Shown: positions 1 to 9,005 of the stretch, in pieces
How the letters are laid out: every line of letters starts with the position of its first letter
How positions within the stretch are numbered: position 1 is the stretch's first letter
Source of the DNA: Longimicrobiales bacterium
GTDB lineage: Bacteria; Gemmatimonadota; Gemmatimonadetes; Longimicrobiales; Gaopeijiaceae
Assembly: GCA_965204735.1 (NCBI GenBank)
Contig: OZ242008.1
Coordinates: forward strand, 480,001 to 544,000
Direction: 5' to 3'
Length of the DNA stretch: 64,000 nucleotides
Made by a program: the position numbers and the translations under genes
The notes under the pieces: model-generated
Database searches by the model: none
What the model was told of the DNA's origin: nothing
The model's input: only the letters and a program-made list of their open reading frames with translations

Positions 1-1
1 G

Positions 2-979
2 AGGCGGGGCAAGCTCTTCGGCATCGCCGGACTTCCCCGCCACGGCAAGACGACCCTGGCCGACCGCCTGCGGGAGCGCGCCGCCGATCGACCGGGGGCC
101 GACCTGCGCTACAACAAGACCGAGCGGGGCGACGTCAACATCTACTACCTGCCCGGCAGGCGGGACCACCACGTCCTGGTGGACATGGCGGGCGAGGACT
201 ACCAAGTGCTGGGGGACTACGAACGGGAGCTGCCCCAACTCATGGAGGCGTTCCTCTGGCCGGTCCTCCAGCGGCTGGACGGATTGGCGCTTCTCATGGC
301 GCTGCCCGTCGTCTGGTCGGGCTGGAACCGCGGCGACGATCCGCGCCGCCGGGCGCCCTCGTCCGACGAGCAAGAAGAGATGGCCGCGGCCGCGGAACGC
401 ATGGCGAACGCCCACAAGATGCTGCTGAAGTACGCGGTGGTGGCGCTGAAGTCGAAGGCGGCCCGCCCTCCCACCCGGGACCAGGTGGACGACGCCTTCA
501 AGCGGGCGCCCAAGTACGACCGACCGGTCGCAGTCGTGCTCTCCAAGGCCGACCTCTACACCGGCCGCGCGCGGGACCGCCTTCACACCCCCGACCTGCC
601 CCGGCTGGGCCACCGGACGCCCGTCGGGCTGCGGCCGGGCGTGTCGGAGCCCCTGCTGACGGCCGCCGCCCACTTCCCCGACTTCCTGGAGTTCCTGGAG
701 CGCCGAGTGCGGTGCTTCAAGTGGTCGTTCTGCCAGGCGCTGGAAGACCGAAGCCCCGAACCGGACCCCTTGGACGCGGCGGGCGACGCGGAACCGGGCA
801 CGAACACTCTGATCGGCGGCGACGGGGTGGTGGACTTCCTGGCCCGCCATCCGTGGCGGGCGCCCGGCCTGTCGTCGGCCATGGCGATCCGGCTGGACCG
901 GCGCATCAGGCGCGAAGCGTGGAGCCGACTCGGGCAAGAGCGGCGGTCGGCCCCGAATCCCGCCGGGCGCGAGGGCTGA
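2..979 (+). CDS. TRAFAC-like small GTPase domain protein (5'-partial)
   Basis: Frame 2 is open from the window edge. Motifs: G1 GLPRHGKTT (29-55), putative G2 Thr in NKTERG, G3 DMAGE, G4 SKAD. The ORF track start at 179 is internal. Confidence 0.75.
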   Translation, partial: RRGKLFGIAGLPRHGKTTLADRLRERAADRPGADLRYNKTERGDVNIYYLPGRRDHHVLVDMAGEDYQVLGDYERELPQLMEAFLWPVLQRLDGLALLMALPVVWSGWNRGDDPRRRAPSSDEQEEMAAAAERMANAHKMLLKYAVVALKSKAARPPTRDQVDDAFKRAPKYDRPVAVVLSKADLYTGRARDRLHTPDLPRLGHRTPVGLRPGVSEPLLTAAAHFPDFLEFLERRVRCFKWSFCQALEDRSPEPDPLDAAGDAEPGTNTLIGGDGVVDFLARHPWRAPGLSSAMAIRLDRRIRREAWSRLGQERRSAPNPAGREG

Positions 980-980
980 G

Positions 981-3008
981 GTGGGCTGGGCGACGGTCTT
1001 CGGCGTCGGCGCCCGCCGGGTGGCGCCGGACGGCCCGGCGCGGTGGGTTCTGCTCGGGACGTGCGTCGCCGTGGGCGCGGCCTGCGCTTGGATGGGCCGG
1101 TCGCTGCTCGGGTCGGCGCCGGCCGAGGACACGCTGGCCAGCGCGCACCGGTTCCTGGACCAGCCCCTGCGGCTGGGGCGAGCACTGGACGTGTCGTGGC
1201 GCTTCGCGGTGAGGGACGGCGGCGGGATGGCCGGGCGCGTGGACGACCTGCTCGCTCCGCCCCTGCCTCCCTTCCTGTGCTCGGCGAGGTGGCCCGGCGC
1301 GAGGGCCGACGAGGCCCGCGTGCTCGATCGGACGATCCGCCAAGCCCAGCAAGCCGCAGCGGCCGACAGTCGCGCCGGTCTCGCGAACGCGGTCGAGTCG
1401 CTCGAGAACCAAGTCGCAGCCGCGTCCGCCGCCGCCGAGCCCTTGGCTCTCTACGCCGTTGCGCGGGCAAGGGCCGCCGGCGGGGACTGGTCCGGCGCCG
1501 CCCGCGCGCTCGAGCTGGTCCCCCTCGTGCAGCGCGGAGGCGGGCCGCTGCCGGTGGTGCCTCGCTCCGCCGCCGCACAGGGCGTCGGGTCGGCGGGCGC
1601 GCCGCGCTCCCTGGCGGTTCTGGCCTTCCACGCGCGCTACCTGGCGGGCAGGGCGGCTCACGGCCGAGGCCGTCCGGAAGACGCGATCGGTCACTTCCGC
1701 CGCGCTCTCAACGCGGTCCGCTACGTCCTGGACGGCTCTCGCGGAGCCGGACCTGGAGGGCACTTCCGGCGAATCGAGATGCGGCCCGGGGTCCTCTCCT
1801 GCTCCGGCGCCGCGCAACCCGGCCTCACGTCGCTGGACGCCTACTCCGGGCTGGTGGCGGCCTACTTGGCGGCCCCGGAGTTCCGCGACCCGGAGGGCTT
1901 GGCCGGCGAAGTCGCCCGCCGTCGTCTGGAGATGGACCCGGGCGACCCGCTGGCGCCTCTGGTTCGGTACGCCCAGCAAGCGGCCGCCGACGCTCGGCCA
2001 GCCCAAGGCTCGATCCCCGAGAACGTCCTCTGGGCGGCGTCCAACTTGCAGCGGGTCTACCACTACAACCGACTGCGCCCGGACCCTCGGCTTGCCGCCG
2101 GCAGGGCCGTCCTGACTTGGCAGGTGCTCGACCGCCCGGAATGGACGCGGGCGCTGGAGCTGAACGCGCCGGCGCAGTGCGAGATGCTCGCCGGCGTGGC
2201 CGCCGGAGTGGGACGGGAGGGCGGGACCATCGGCGGTCCGGCGGGCTCGGCGGCAGCCGGCGACAGCGCCTGGGCGGCCGTGGCGGTCCACACCTTCGCC
2301 CGCCTGGAAGAGCGGTGTCCCGAGGGAGCGGACGAACCTGTGGCCGAATCGGTCCGAGAGCGATGGCTGGACAGATCGGGAGGGTTCATTCACGGGGGAG
2401 TGGTGGTCCGCTACGAGGCGCGGCGGCGAGAGCTGGAGGCCGGAGGGAGAGGCGTCGGGCTTTCGGGCGGAGCCGCGACGGGAGCGGGCGAGGTCCTGGA
2501 CGAGGCTCGAAGCCACGTTCGGACGTTCTGCCAGGGCGCGGTGCCGCCGGACCTGAGCGCAGGGATCGATCCCCGCGCGGCGTGCGAGTTCGTGTCGGCG
2601 TGGAGGCGGGCCGTCTTCCACGACGTGGCCGACCAGATGGTCCAGCAGGTGCGCGGCGGCGGCGTCCCCGCGGCCCGGGACGCGGCAGAGTACGTGCGGA
2701 CGGTGGAGGCCGCCGTCGCCCATGCGGGCCTTCGTCCGTCCGATGTGTACGGCGTCGAGGAAGTGGCCCCGCTGCTTCGGTCGCAGGGGGGCGTCCGCGC
2801 CTGGAGCGGAAGGCTGCGCCATGCCGCCCGGAACCGGCCCGCGACCGCCGTGGCGGCGCTGGCGTTGCTGGGCGTCGCCGGGGTCTCGCTGGCTGTGCTG
2901 GCCTTCGTGAGCTGGTGGCGGTTCTTCCTGCTGACGCGAACGGACTTCTACGCCGACGAGGCCGCCGAGCGGAGAGCCCGCGGGCACGCCCGGGAGCTGG
3001 GTCCGTGA
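981..3008 (+). CDS. Membrane-anchored helical-repeat (TPR-like) protein, 675 aa
   Basis: GTG 1 nt after the upstream stop. Hydrophobic segments at both termini. TPR-like helix pair HARYLAGRAAHGRGRPEDAIGHFRRAL. Confidence 0.65.
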   Translation: MGWATVFGVGARRVAPDGPARWVLLGTCVAVGAACAWMGRSLLGSAPAEDTLASAHRFLDQPLRLGRALDVSWRFAVRDGGGMAGRVDDLLAPPLPPFLCSARWPGARADEARVLDRTIRQAQQAAAADSRAGLANAVESLENQVAAASAAAEPLALYAVARARAAGGDWSGAARALELVPLVQRGGGPLPVVPRSAAAQGVGSAGAPRSLAVLAFHARYLAGRAAHGRGRPEDAIGHFRRALNAVRYVLDGSRGAGPGGHFRRIEMRPGVLSCSGAAQPGLTSLDAYSGLVAAYLAAPEFRDPEGLAGEVARRRLEMDPGDPLAPLVRYAQQAAADARPAQGSIPENVLWAASNLQRVYHYNRLRPDPRLAAGRAVLTWQVLDRPEWTRALELNAPAQCEMLAGVAAGVGREGGTIGGPAGSAAAGDSAWAAVAVHTFARLEERCPEGADEPVAESVRERWLDRSGGFIHGGVVVRYEARRRELEAGGRGVGLSGGAATGAGEVLDEARSHVRTFCQGAVPPDLSAGIDPRAACEFVSAWRRAVFHDVADQMVQQVRGGGVPAARDAAEYVRTVEAAVAHAGLRPSDVYGVEEVAPLLRSQGGVRAWSGRLRHAARNRPATAVAALALLGVAGVSLAVLAFVSWWRFFLLTRTDFYADEAAERRARGHARELGP

Positions 3009-6000
3009 CCGTCCTGGTTCTGGGGCTGGCGACGCTCCTCGGCGCGGGCTGGATGGCGCGCCGATCGACGCCCGGCCGCCGCTCGTGTCTTTGGGTCCTC
3101 GCCATCGGCGCCTTGACGGCGGGGCAGACGTGCTGGCAGCGCGACCGCTTGGCGTCGTACCAGGTGAGGCTGCTGGGCCAGCGCTTCCAGCCGGGGAGCG
3201 ATGGCTTGGTCGCCGAGGTGTCGGGCGACAGGGACCGGGCGGACTACTACCTGCCCGGCGCCGGGAACGATCCCGTGGCCGTCCTGCAGCTCGACTCGGC
3301 GGGCGGGGTCGCGGTGCGGGCGCCCGCGCCGACCTCGGCGGCAGCCGTCGCCGTGGTGACTACGCCTCGTCGCTGGAGGGGCGGAGATCGGGTCGTGCTG
3401 GGCTCCGTGCCCGTGGAGCCGGGAGATCGGATTTGGGTCGGCGGCGAGGGCGCGACCGAGGTGTTCACCTTCGCGCGGTCGAGGGTCTCCCTGCTCCAGA
3501 GGGCGAGGATCGGGGGGACGCGGGACCAGCTGGCGCTCGGAAGCGGCGACGCCGGGGACGCGGGGGGTCCAGCGGCGATCGTGCCCTACCCGGAAGGCGC
3601 CGGAGTCCTGGGGCTCCTGCCACGGCGCCCCGGCGTCTACCAACGCACCTATCCGCTGGCCGAGCTGGCGGCCGCAGGAGGATTCGACGGGCTGGGCGTG
3701 GCGGGCCTCCGCTCCTTTCTCTACTACCGCGAAGGCTCGGCTCGCTTGGCGGTCCTGGACGACCTGGTCGAGGTGCTCTCGCCCGACGGGACGGCCAAGA
3801 CGCCGGTCGAGAGCGCTTCCGCATGGCCGGGGAGCGGGCGAACGCCGGTGGTGACCGTGGCGGGCTTGCCGTACCGGGACTTCCCCGACCCGGGGCTCGC
3901 GGCCGGCGAGCGGTACGGGGCGAGGCCGCTCCGCAGCTTCCGCGCCCGAGTGGACGGAGAGTGGATCACGGTGCAGGGCGCGCGGGCGGAAGTGCACTCC
4001 GTCGAGACGGCCGGGCTGCCTCCCGCAACCCTCGCCCCCTCGGCCCTGGCGGGCGGGTCTGGAGGCGGTTCGATGCTTCACTTGGTCCGCCTGGCGGTCG
4101 GAGACGCGCCCGAAGGACCCGCGGGGCTGACCCTCGCATCCCCTGCCAACGTGTTCGCGGCGGCGGGAGAGGCGGTCCTGCGGCTTCCCCAAGCTCCGTC
4201 CGCCGGATGGTTCGAGCTCCTGTCCCCCTCGGGTCAAGCCCGCTGGGAGACCGGACGACCCTTCACCTTGAGCGACGGGGAGAAGGGGTTGCTGCTGCGG
4301 GTCGACGGGCTGGCCGCCTCCTGGTCGTTCCTGCTGCTGCTGACGCTGCTCTTCCTCTTGGCGGCGGCTCCGTTCGCGCTGGTCGAGACCACGGGCGTGG
4401 TGCGGGGCTTGGCCCTGGCCGCCCTGGGAATCGCCGCGCTCCGCGTGCTCCTCTCCCTCTCCGCCATGGCGCGCTACCCCTTCGTGGACGAAGGCCACCA
4501 GATCGGCCTCTGGCTGGTCCCGGCGCTGCCTTGGTTCGTGTGCGCTCTTGGACGCAAGCGCGGCGAGACGTGGGCTGCGGACGGGGCCGGGCTCGCCCCC
4601 GCCGCCCGCGCCCCCGCCATGGCGCCGCCCGGCGCGGGGCGTCGAGACGTTCGGCCTTCAGCCCCGTGGAGCGCGCGGGCCGACCTTGCCGCGGCAGCGC
4701 TCGGCGCGCCGCTGGTCTTCCTGGCGGCCGCCCTCTTCCCGACCACTCCCGCCAAGTCGCTTGTGCTCTCCGCCGCCGTCGTCTGCGCGGCGGTGGTCGC
4801 CCTGCTGCCCATGGAACGCACCTTGCTGGCCTTCGGGCGCAGCGCGGCCCGGCTGCGCCGCCTGGCCAAGGCGCTTCCCGCCCGGCTTCGGAAGACGGCC
4901 GCCAGCTGGCCGGGCGCGGTGGCGGGAGTGGCGATCGTGGCGGGCCGGGTCGTGCTGGACGCGGCGGGGTTCAGGGAGCAGATCGCCTTGGGCGGCACCC
5001 GAATCGGCCTTTCCGTGCTGCACACCCCGGTCGCCCTGATCGCCTTCGCCCTCCTGGCGTCGGCTCACCACCGGCGTGTCGCCCGTGCGGGACGTGGCCG
5101 GGTCGCCGGTGTGGGACGCGCTCGCGTCGCCCCGGCGGAAGACGGCCGCGCCACCCCCACGGAAGACGCCCGCGCCACCCCGACGGAAGACGCTCGCGTC
5201 GCCTCGGCGGAAGACGGCCGCGTCACGGAAGACGGTCTCGCCGCCCTGGCGGAAGACGCCCGCGCCACCCCCACGGAGCGCGCCGGTTGGGGCCGCACCG
5301 CCGGTCGCTCGCTGATCGACCTGTGCGCCTTCCTAGCCTTCGCCTATGTCGGCACAAGCGTGGCGGTCTCCGACTTCGGAGTCGCCTTCACCACCCTGCC
5401 GGGTCCCCTCGTCGTCCTTGCCCTGGTCGGTGCGTGGTGGGCAAGAGCGCGAGCCCAGGGCCGGGCCGACGGCGGCGGCAAGCGCACAGAGAGCATCCGC
5501 GCCGCCCCCGGCAGCTGGTGGCAGGCCAAGGGCGTCGACCGCAGGGCGGCTCTGCTGGCCGCGCTGCCGCTGATCTTGTTCGCGACGCTCCAGGCGGCCC
5601 CCGGCTTGCTCCGTCCCTTCTTGCCCGACACGGAGGGTCCCAGGTCCGGGCTGGAGGAGTGGAGCCGCAACGAGCTCCTGCTGCTGGAGCGGGGCGACCC
5701 CGACGCCCTGCGGCTCATCGGCGAGAGCCGGAGCGAGGCCCTGGCGGTGATGCGCGAGACGATGCGTTCCTACACCCGTGGCAACTGGTTGGGACAGGGG
5801 TTCCTGGAGGGCCGCGTGTCGTCGCAGATACGCACCACGGCGACCCGCGAGCACGTGGTCACCGGGTTGCTGGCCAGTCAGTGGGGAGCGCCTGGGACGC
5901 TCGGCCTTCTGGCCCTCCTGGCTGCGGTCCTTCGCCCGCTGGCGTCGGCGGCTCGTCCCTGGTCGAGCCGCGCCCACTTCGTCTCGGCGACGGCTCTTCT

Positions 6001-6220
6001 GACCTTCTCGACGGCCGGCGTCTACATGGTCTTCGCCAACTACGGCTGGGCCATGTTCACGGGCAAGAACGTCTACCTGCTGGGGCTCGACTCCCTGGGC
6101 GACACCCTTGAAGCCCTGGCCTTGCTGGGAGTGGCGGCGGCCGCGCTGGCCCGGCCGGAATCGGCGGACCGGAGTCCTCCCGGCGCCCCGCTTCTCCCAG
6201 CCCCCGGAGGCTCGGCATGA
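3005..6220 (+). CDS. Divergent SEDS (FtsW/RodA/SpoVE-like) protein with a large N-terminal soluble domain, ~1071 aa
   Basis: GTGA overlap with the upstream stop; many TM segments. SEDS-like motifs in order: SDFG, GNWLGQG, TREHV..SQWG, ANYG..FTGKN.YLLG. ATGA overlap with the PBP gene. Confidence 0.7.
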   Translation: MTVLVLGLATLLGAGWMARRSTPGRRSCLWVLAIGALTAGQTCWQRDRLASYQVRLLGQRFQPGSDGLVAEVSGDRDRADYYLPGAGNDPVAVLQLDSAGGVAVRAPAPTSAAAVAVVTTPRRWRGGDRVVLGSVPVEPGDRIWVGGEGATEVFTFARSRVSLLQRARIGGTRDQLALGSGDAGDAGGPAAIVPYPEGAGVLGLLPRRPGVYQRTYPLAELAAAGGFDGLGVAGLRSFLYYREGSARLAVLDDLVEVLSPDGTAKTPVESASAWPGSGRTPVVTVAGLPYRDFPDPGLAAGERYGARPLRSFRARVDGEWITVQGARAEVHSVETAGLPPATLAPSALAGGSGGGSMLHLVRLAVGDAPEGPAGLTLASPANVFAAAGEAVLRLPQAPSAGWFELLSPSGQARWETGRPFTLSDGEKGLLLRVDGLAASWSFLLLLTLLFLLAAAPFALVETTGVVRGLALAALGIAALRVLLSLSAMARYPFVDEGHQIGLWLVPALPWFVCALGRKRGETWAADGAGLAPAARAPAMAPPGAGRRDVRPSAPWSARADLAAAALGAPLVFLAAALFPTTPAKSLVLSAAVVCAAVVALLPMERTLLAFGRSAARLRRLAKALPARLRKTAASWPGAVAGVAIVAGRVVLDAAGFREQIALGGTRIGLSVLHTPVALIAFALLASAHHRRVARAGRGRVAGVGRARVAPAEDGRATPTEDARATPTEDARVASAEDGRVTEDGLAALAEDARATPTERAGWGRTAGRSLIDLCAFLAFAYVGTSVAVSDFGVAFTTLPGPLVVLALVGAWWARARAQGRADGGGKRTESIRAAPGSWWQAKGVDRRAALLAALPLILFATLQAAPGLLRPFLPDTEGPRSGLEEWSRNELLLLERGDPDALRLIGESRSEALAVMRETMRSYTRGNWLGQGFLEGRVSSQIRTTATREHVVTGLLASQWGAPGTLGLLALLAAVLRPLASAARPWSSRAHFVSATALLTFSTAGVYMVFANYGWAMFTGKNVYLLGLDSLGDTLEALALLGVAAAALARPESADRSPPGAPLLPAPGGSA
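5136..5277 (+). repeat. In-frame tandem repeat of mostly 24-bp units (EDxRATPT-like, 6 units)
   Basis: Anchor CGGAAGACG at 5136, 5160, 5184, 5208, 5226, 5250. Confidence 0.9.
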
Positions 6221-8814
6221 ACACACGAACCGCGACGGGGGTCGTCTCCGGCCTGTCCGTCTTGATCGTCGTCGCGTCCCTTCAGGAGGAGCCGGCCGGG
6301 TACTGGGCGCCGGAAGGCTTCGTGAGCCGGTCGGACGACATTGTGGCCAAGGGCGGGCTGGAGCTCATTTGCGGCGCGCGCGACTCAATCGTGGTCCGCT
6401 TGGAGCCGGACAGCCCCGACGAACGCTTCTTCCGGTCCAGCTACCTGCGGGCCGACGTGCGACGCTTCAACGCCGACCCTTCCGCCGCCCGCTCGCCGTT
6501 CCTGGTGGATGGTTGCCGCCTCTTGGGCGTGGACCCCTTCTACCATCGGGTCGACCTGCCCTACAACCGCGTTCCCCAGTGGACGGGACCCGTCCGCTTC
6601 GCCCAGGCCAGCCGAAGCGCCGCCTTCCGCGGCGGGCGGGACCAGCGCCTGCAGGTGGTCCATCCCCTGGAAAGCTTGGACGCAAGCACGAGCGAGCGGG
6701 TGGGGCTGGCTCGCCGACGGGCCTCTGCGCGCACCGAATTCCTTCGCTTCGAGGCGCCCCGCAGCCCGGAAGTGCTGGCGGAGGCGTACTTCGTGGGCGA
6801 CGAAGCGCCCGTGCTGGCGGACCGTCGGGACGTGGGCGCGCCCTCCATGCTGCGGCTGAACGGGTTCGCCGTGCCGCCGGGCCGGATCGCCCGGCTGGAG
6901 ACGGGGGACTGGGTCCAGCTGCAGCACCGGGAAGAAGTCTTCACCTACTTGGTGGACGGTTCGGACCGAGCCGGGCTGGTGTCGACGGCGTCGGCGGCGA
7001 ACGGGGGGACGCGACGGTACCTGGTCCCCCACCTGGCGCCTTTCGTGAGCGACTTGGCCCGGGCCCTGGAGGGCGGCCTCCACTCCACGCCCTCGGCCCG
7101 GGACGGCGGACCCGTCTCCCGCATGGAGGTACGCCTGGCCCTCGACCGGGAGCTGGAGACGACGACCCAGGCGCTGGTGGACGAGTGGTGCGAGCGGCAG
7201 CGCCTGCCCCGCCGTCCCCGAGCGGTTTCGGCGCTGGTCATGGACGCCTTTCGAGGAGACGTGCTGGCGATGCCCACCTGTCCCGGCGAGGCGGTCCTGG
7301 AAGACTACGGCCAGCTCTCGCGCCGCCTCCGGTCCCGCTACCTGCGCAACCAGAACCTGGTCCTGCACCCGGGCGGCTCGGCGCTGAAGCCGTTCTGGGC
7401 CGCCTCGATCGCCACGGCCTACCCCGGACTGCTGGACCTGGAGATTCCGGAGCACCCGCCCGGCGGCGTGGAGGACGTGTTCGGCTGCGCCTTGACCGTG
7501 CCCTACGGGTCCGGCGGACACGAGGGATGGGAAGGGTTGGAGGCGTTCCTGCGCACCTCGTGCAACCGCTACATGGTGGAGGCGGCCACGGCGGCGCTCC
7601 TGGCCGGCGCTGGGAGCCTGCCCGAGGGCTTGGCGCAAGGGTTGCCCGGACGGAACTCGCCCGGACGCGGCCCGCCCGGCCAGGGTTCGCCCGGACGCCT
7701 GCTCGCGGACGGCTCTCCCGCGCCCAGCGGCGCCAAGCGGGAAGTGCGCTTCTGCGACCAAGTGGTCGAAGTGGCGCTCGCCGACGGCCTGCCTTTCACC
7801 GGCGGTTCGTGCGAGGACCTTCGCCTTCTCGGCGAACGCTTCGCCCCCGGGCTTTCCTTCGAGCAGGTGACCGGCGCGGCCGTCTACCGCGATCGGGCGC
7901 CGGCCGCCGCTGCCGCCGGGGCCGAAGCCGCCAGCTTGGACGACGCCTACCGAGCGGGACGCTACCGGCTGGACCTCTGGCGCGGTCCCCTCGACGCCCT
8001 GCGGGTCGCCGGGGACACGGCGAACCCCGTGCACACGCGCCTGCGCTTCTCCGCCGTGTCGCCCCAGGTCACCAACTTGGCCCTCAACACCGTCGAGGAG
8101 CTGCGCCGGGACTGGGTGAACCTGCTCCTGGGCGGCGAGAACTCGCGCTGGAGCAACTTTCAGCTGGCCGAGGCCATGTCGCGCCTCATGACCGGCCGGG
8201 ACGTGCGGGGTCGGTTCGTCGTCTCTCCCACTGCGTGGGGAAGGGAGGCGGTCGGGTCCGCCGAGCCCCTGCCGGAAGACGCCCTGCACCCAGGCGCGCG
8301 CCGCCGGGTGCTCCACGCGATGGAACGGGTCGTTGGTCCCGGCGGCACCGCGGTCCGCCTTGCCCCGGCTGCGCGCCGTCTCGAGTCCGTGCTGCGCTCC
8401 GTGCCCGGCGCCGAGGACCACGACGTCTACGTCTTCGCCAAGACCGGAACGCCTGCCGTGTCCGTGCCCCTGCGAGACGGCCCCTTGACCCGGGAGGGGT
8501 CGGTGCTGGTCCTGGGCGTGCTCGTCGTGCCCCCGGAGGCGGGCCGCCGGGCCTCTCGCCGCCAGCCGGAGTGGATATCCGCGTGCCCGCTGGCGCCGGA
8601 CCTTCGGGCAGGCGTGCTGGGCGTGCCCCCTGTCGACTTCCTGGGCGACAGCTCTGGGCCGGGCGCCGCGCCGATGGGCTTCTCGGTCGCGTTCTTCCTG
8701 GACGACCTGGACCCTCGGGGCGGCGACGCGTCTGCGACGGAGCTGGCTGCCGACTTCCTGGAACCCTTGGCCAACTACGCCGCCCAGCGACTGGAACGGC
8801 AGCTTCGCAGGTAA
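6217..8814 (+). CDS. Penicillin-binding protein, transpeptidase domain (class B-like), 865 aa
   Basis: N-terminal TM. SxxK (SALK, 7378), SxN (SCN, 7558), KTG (KTGT, 8440). FHA-like strand motif LRLNG..LETGDWVQL before the catalytic domain. Confidence 0.85.
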   Translation: MNTRTATGVVSGLSVLIVVASLQEEPAGYWAPEGFVSRSDDIVAKGGLELICGARDSIVVRLEPDSPDERFFRSSYLRADVRRFNADPSAARSPFLVDGCRLLGVDPFYHRVDLPYNRVPQWTGPVRFAQASRSAAFRGGRDQRLQVVHPLESLDASTSERVGLARRRASARTEFLRFEAPRSPEVLAEAYFVGDEAPVLADRRDVGAPSMLRLNGFAVPPGRIARLETGDWVQLQHREEVFTYLVDGSDRAGLVSTASAANGGTRRYLVPHLAPFVSDLARALEGGLHSTPSARDGGPVSRMEVRLALDRELETTTQALVDEWCERQRLPRRPRAVSALVMDAFRGDVLAMPTCPGEAVLEDYGQLSRRLRSRYLRNQNLVLHPGGSALKPFWAASIATAYPGLLDLEIPEHPPGGVEDVFGCALTVPYGSGGHEGWEGLEAFLRTSCNRYMVEAATAALLAGAGSLPEGLAQGLPGRNSPGRGPPGQGSPGRLLADGSPAPSGAKREVRFCDQVVEVALADGLPFTGGSCEDLRLLGERFAPGLSFEQVTGAAVYRDRAPAAAAAGAEAASLDDAYRAGRYRLDLWRGPLDALRVAGDTANPVHTRLRFSAVSPQVTNLALNTVEELRRDWVNLLLGGENSRWSNFQLAEAMSRLMTGRDVRGRFVVSPTAWGREAVGSAEPLPEDALHPGARRRVLHAMERVVGPGGTAVRLAPAARRLESVLRSVPGAEDHDVYVFAKTGTPAVSVPLRDGPLTREGSVLVLGVLVVPPEAGRRASRRQPEWISACPLAPDLRAGVLGVPPVDFLGDSSGPGAAPMGFSVAFFLDDLDPRGGDASATELAADFLEPLANYAAQRLERQLRR

Positions 8815-8823
8815 GCGGTCCGG

Positions 8824-8911
8824 CGCCCATCTTGCCCCCGGGGCGCCCGACGTGGAACGCCGCCGGCGCTGCCGTGTCGTCCGTTTTCGGTCCGCCCATC
8901 TTGCCCCCGGG
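8824..8911. repeat. Intergenic direct repeat CGCCCATCTTGCCCCCGGG (2 copies)
   Basis: Copies at 8824 and 8893. The first overlaps a GGCGCCC...GGGCGCC inverted repeat. Confidence 0.7.
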
Positions 8912-9005
8912 CCTCTCGACGCTTCACCTTGTCGCCTGGAGCGCAAGCCGTTGCCCACGAGCGCAAGCACCGGCGCAAGCCAAGCGTCACTTCCCGGAGG
9001 ACCTC

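Noticed and set aside
1043..3004. N-terminal extension giving a 1725-aa SEDS protein
   Set aside because: Arg/Gly/Pro-rich off-frame translation of the 981-3008 gene; the GTG at 3005 gives a coupled start.
5136..5277. Tandem repeat as a CRISPR array
   Set aside because: Unit lengths are multiples of 3, it is in frame within a CDS, and there are no unique spacers.
6108..9005. Apparent 1647-aa fusion ending in the S9 peptidase
   Set aside because: The upstream part is an alternative frame over the PBP gene; the peptidase has its own RBS, ATG and signal peptide at 9006.
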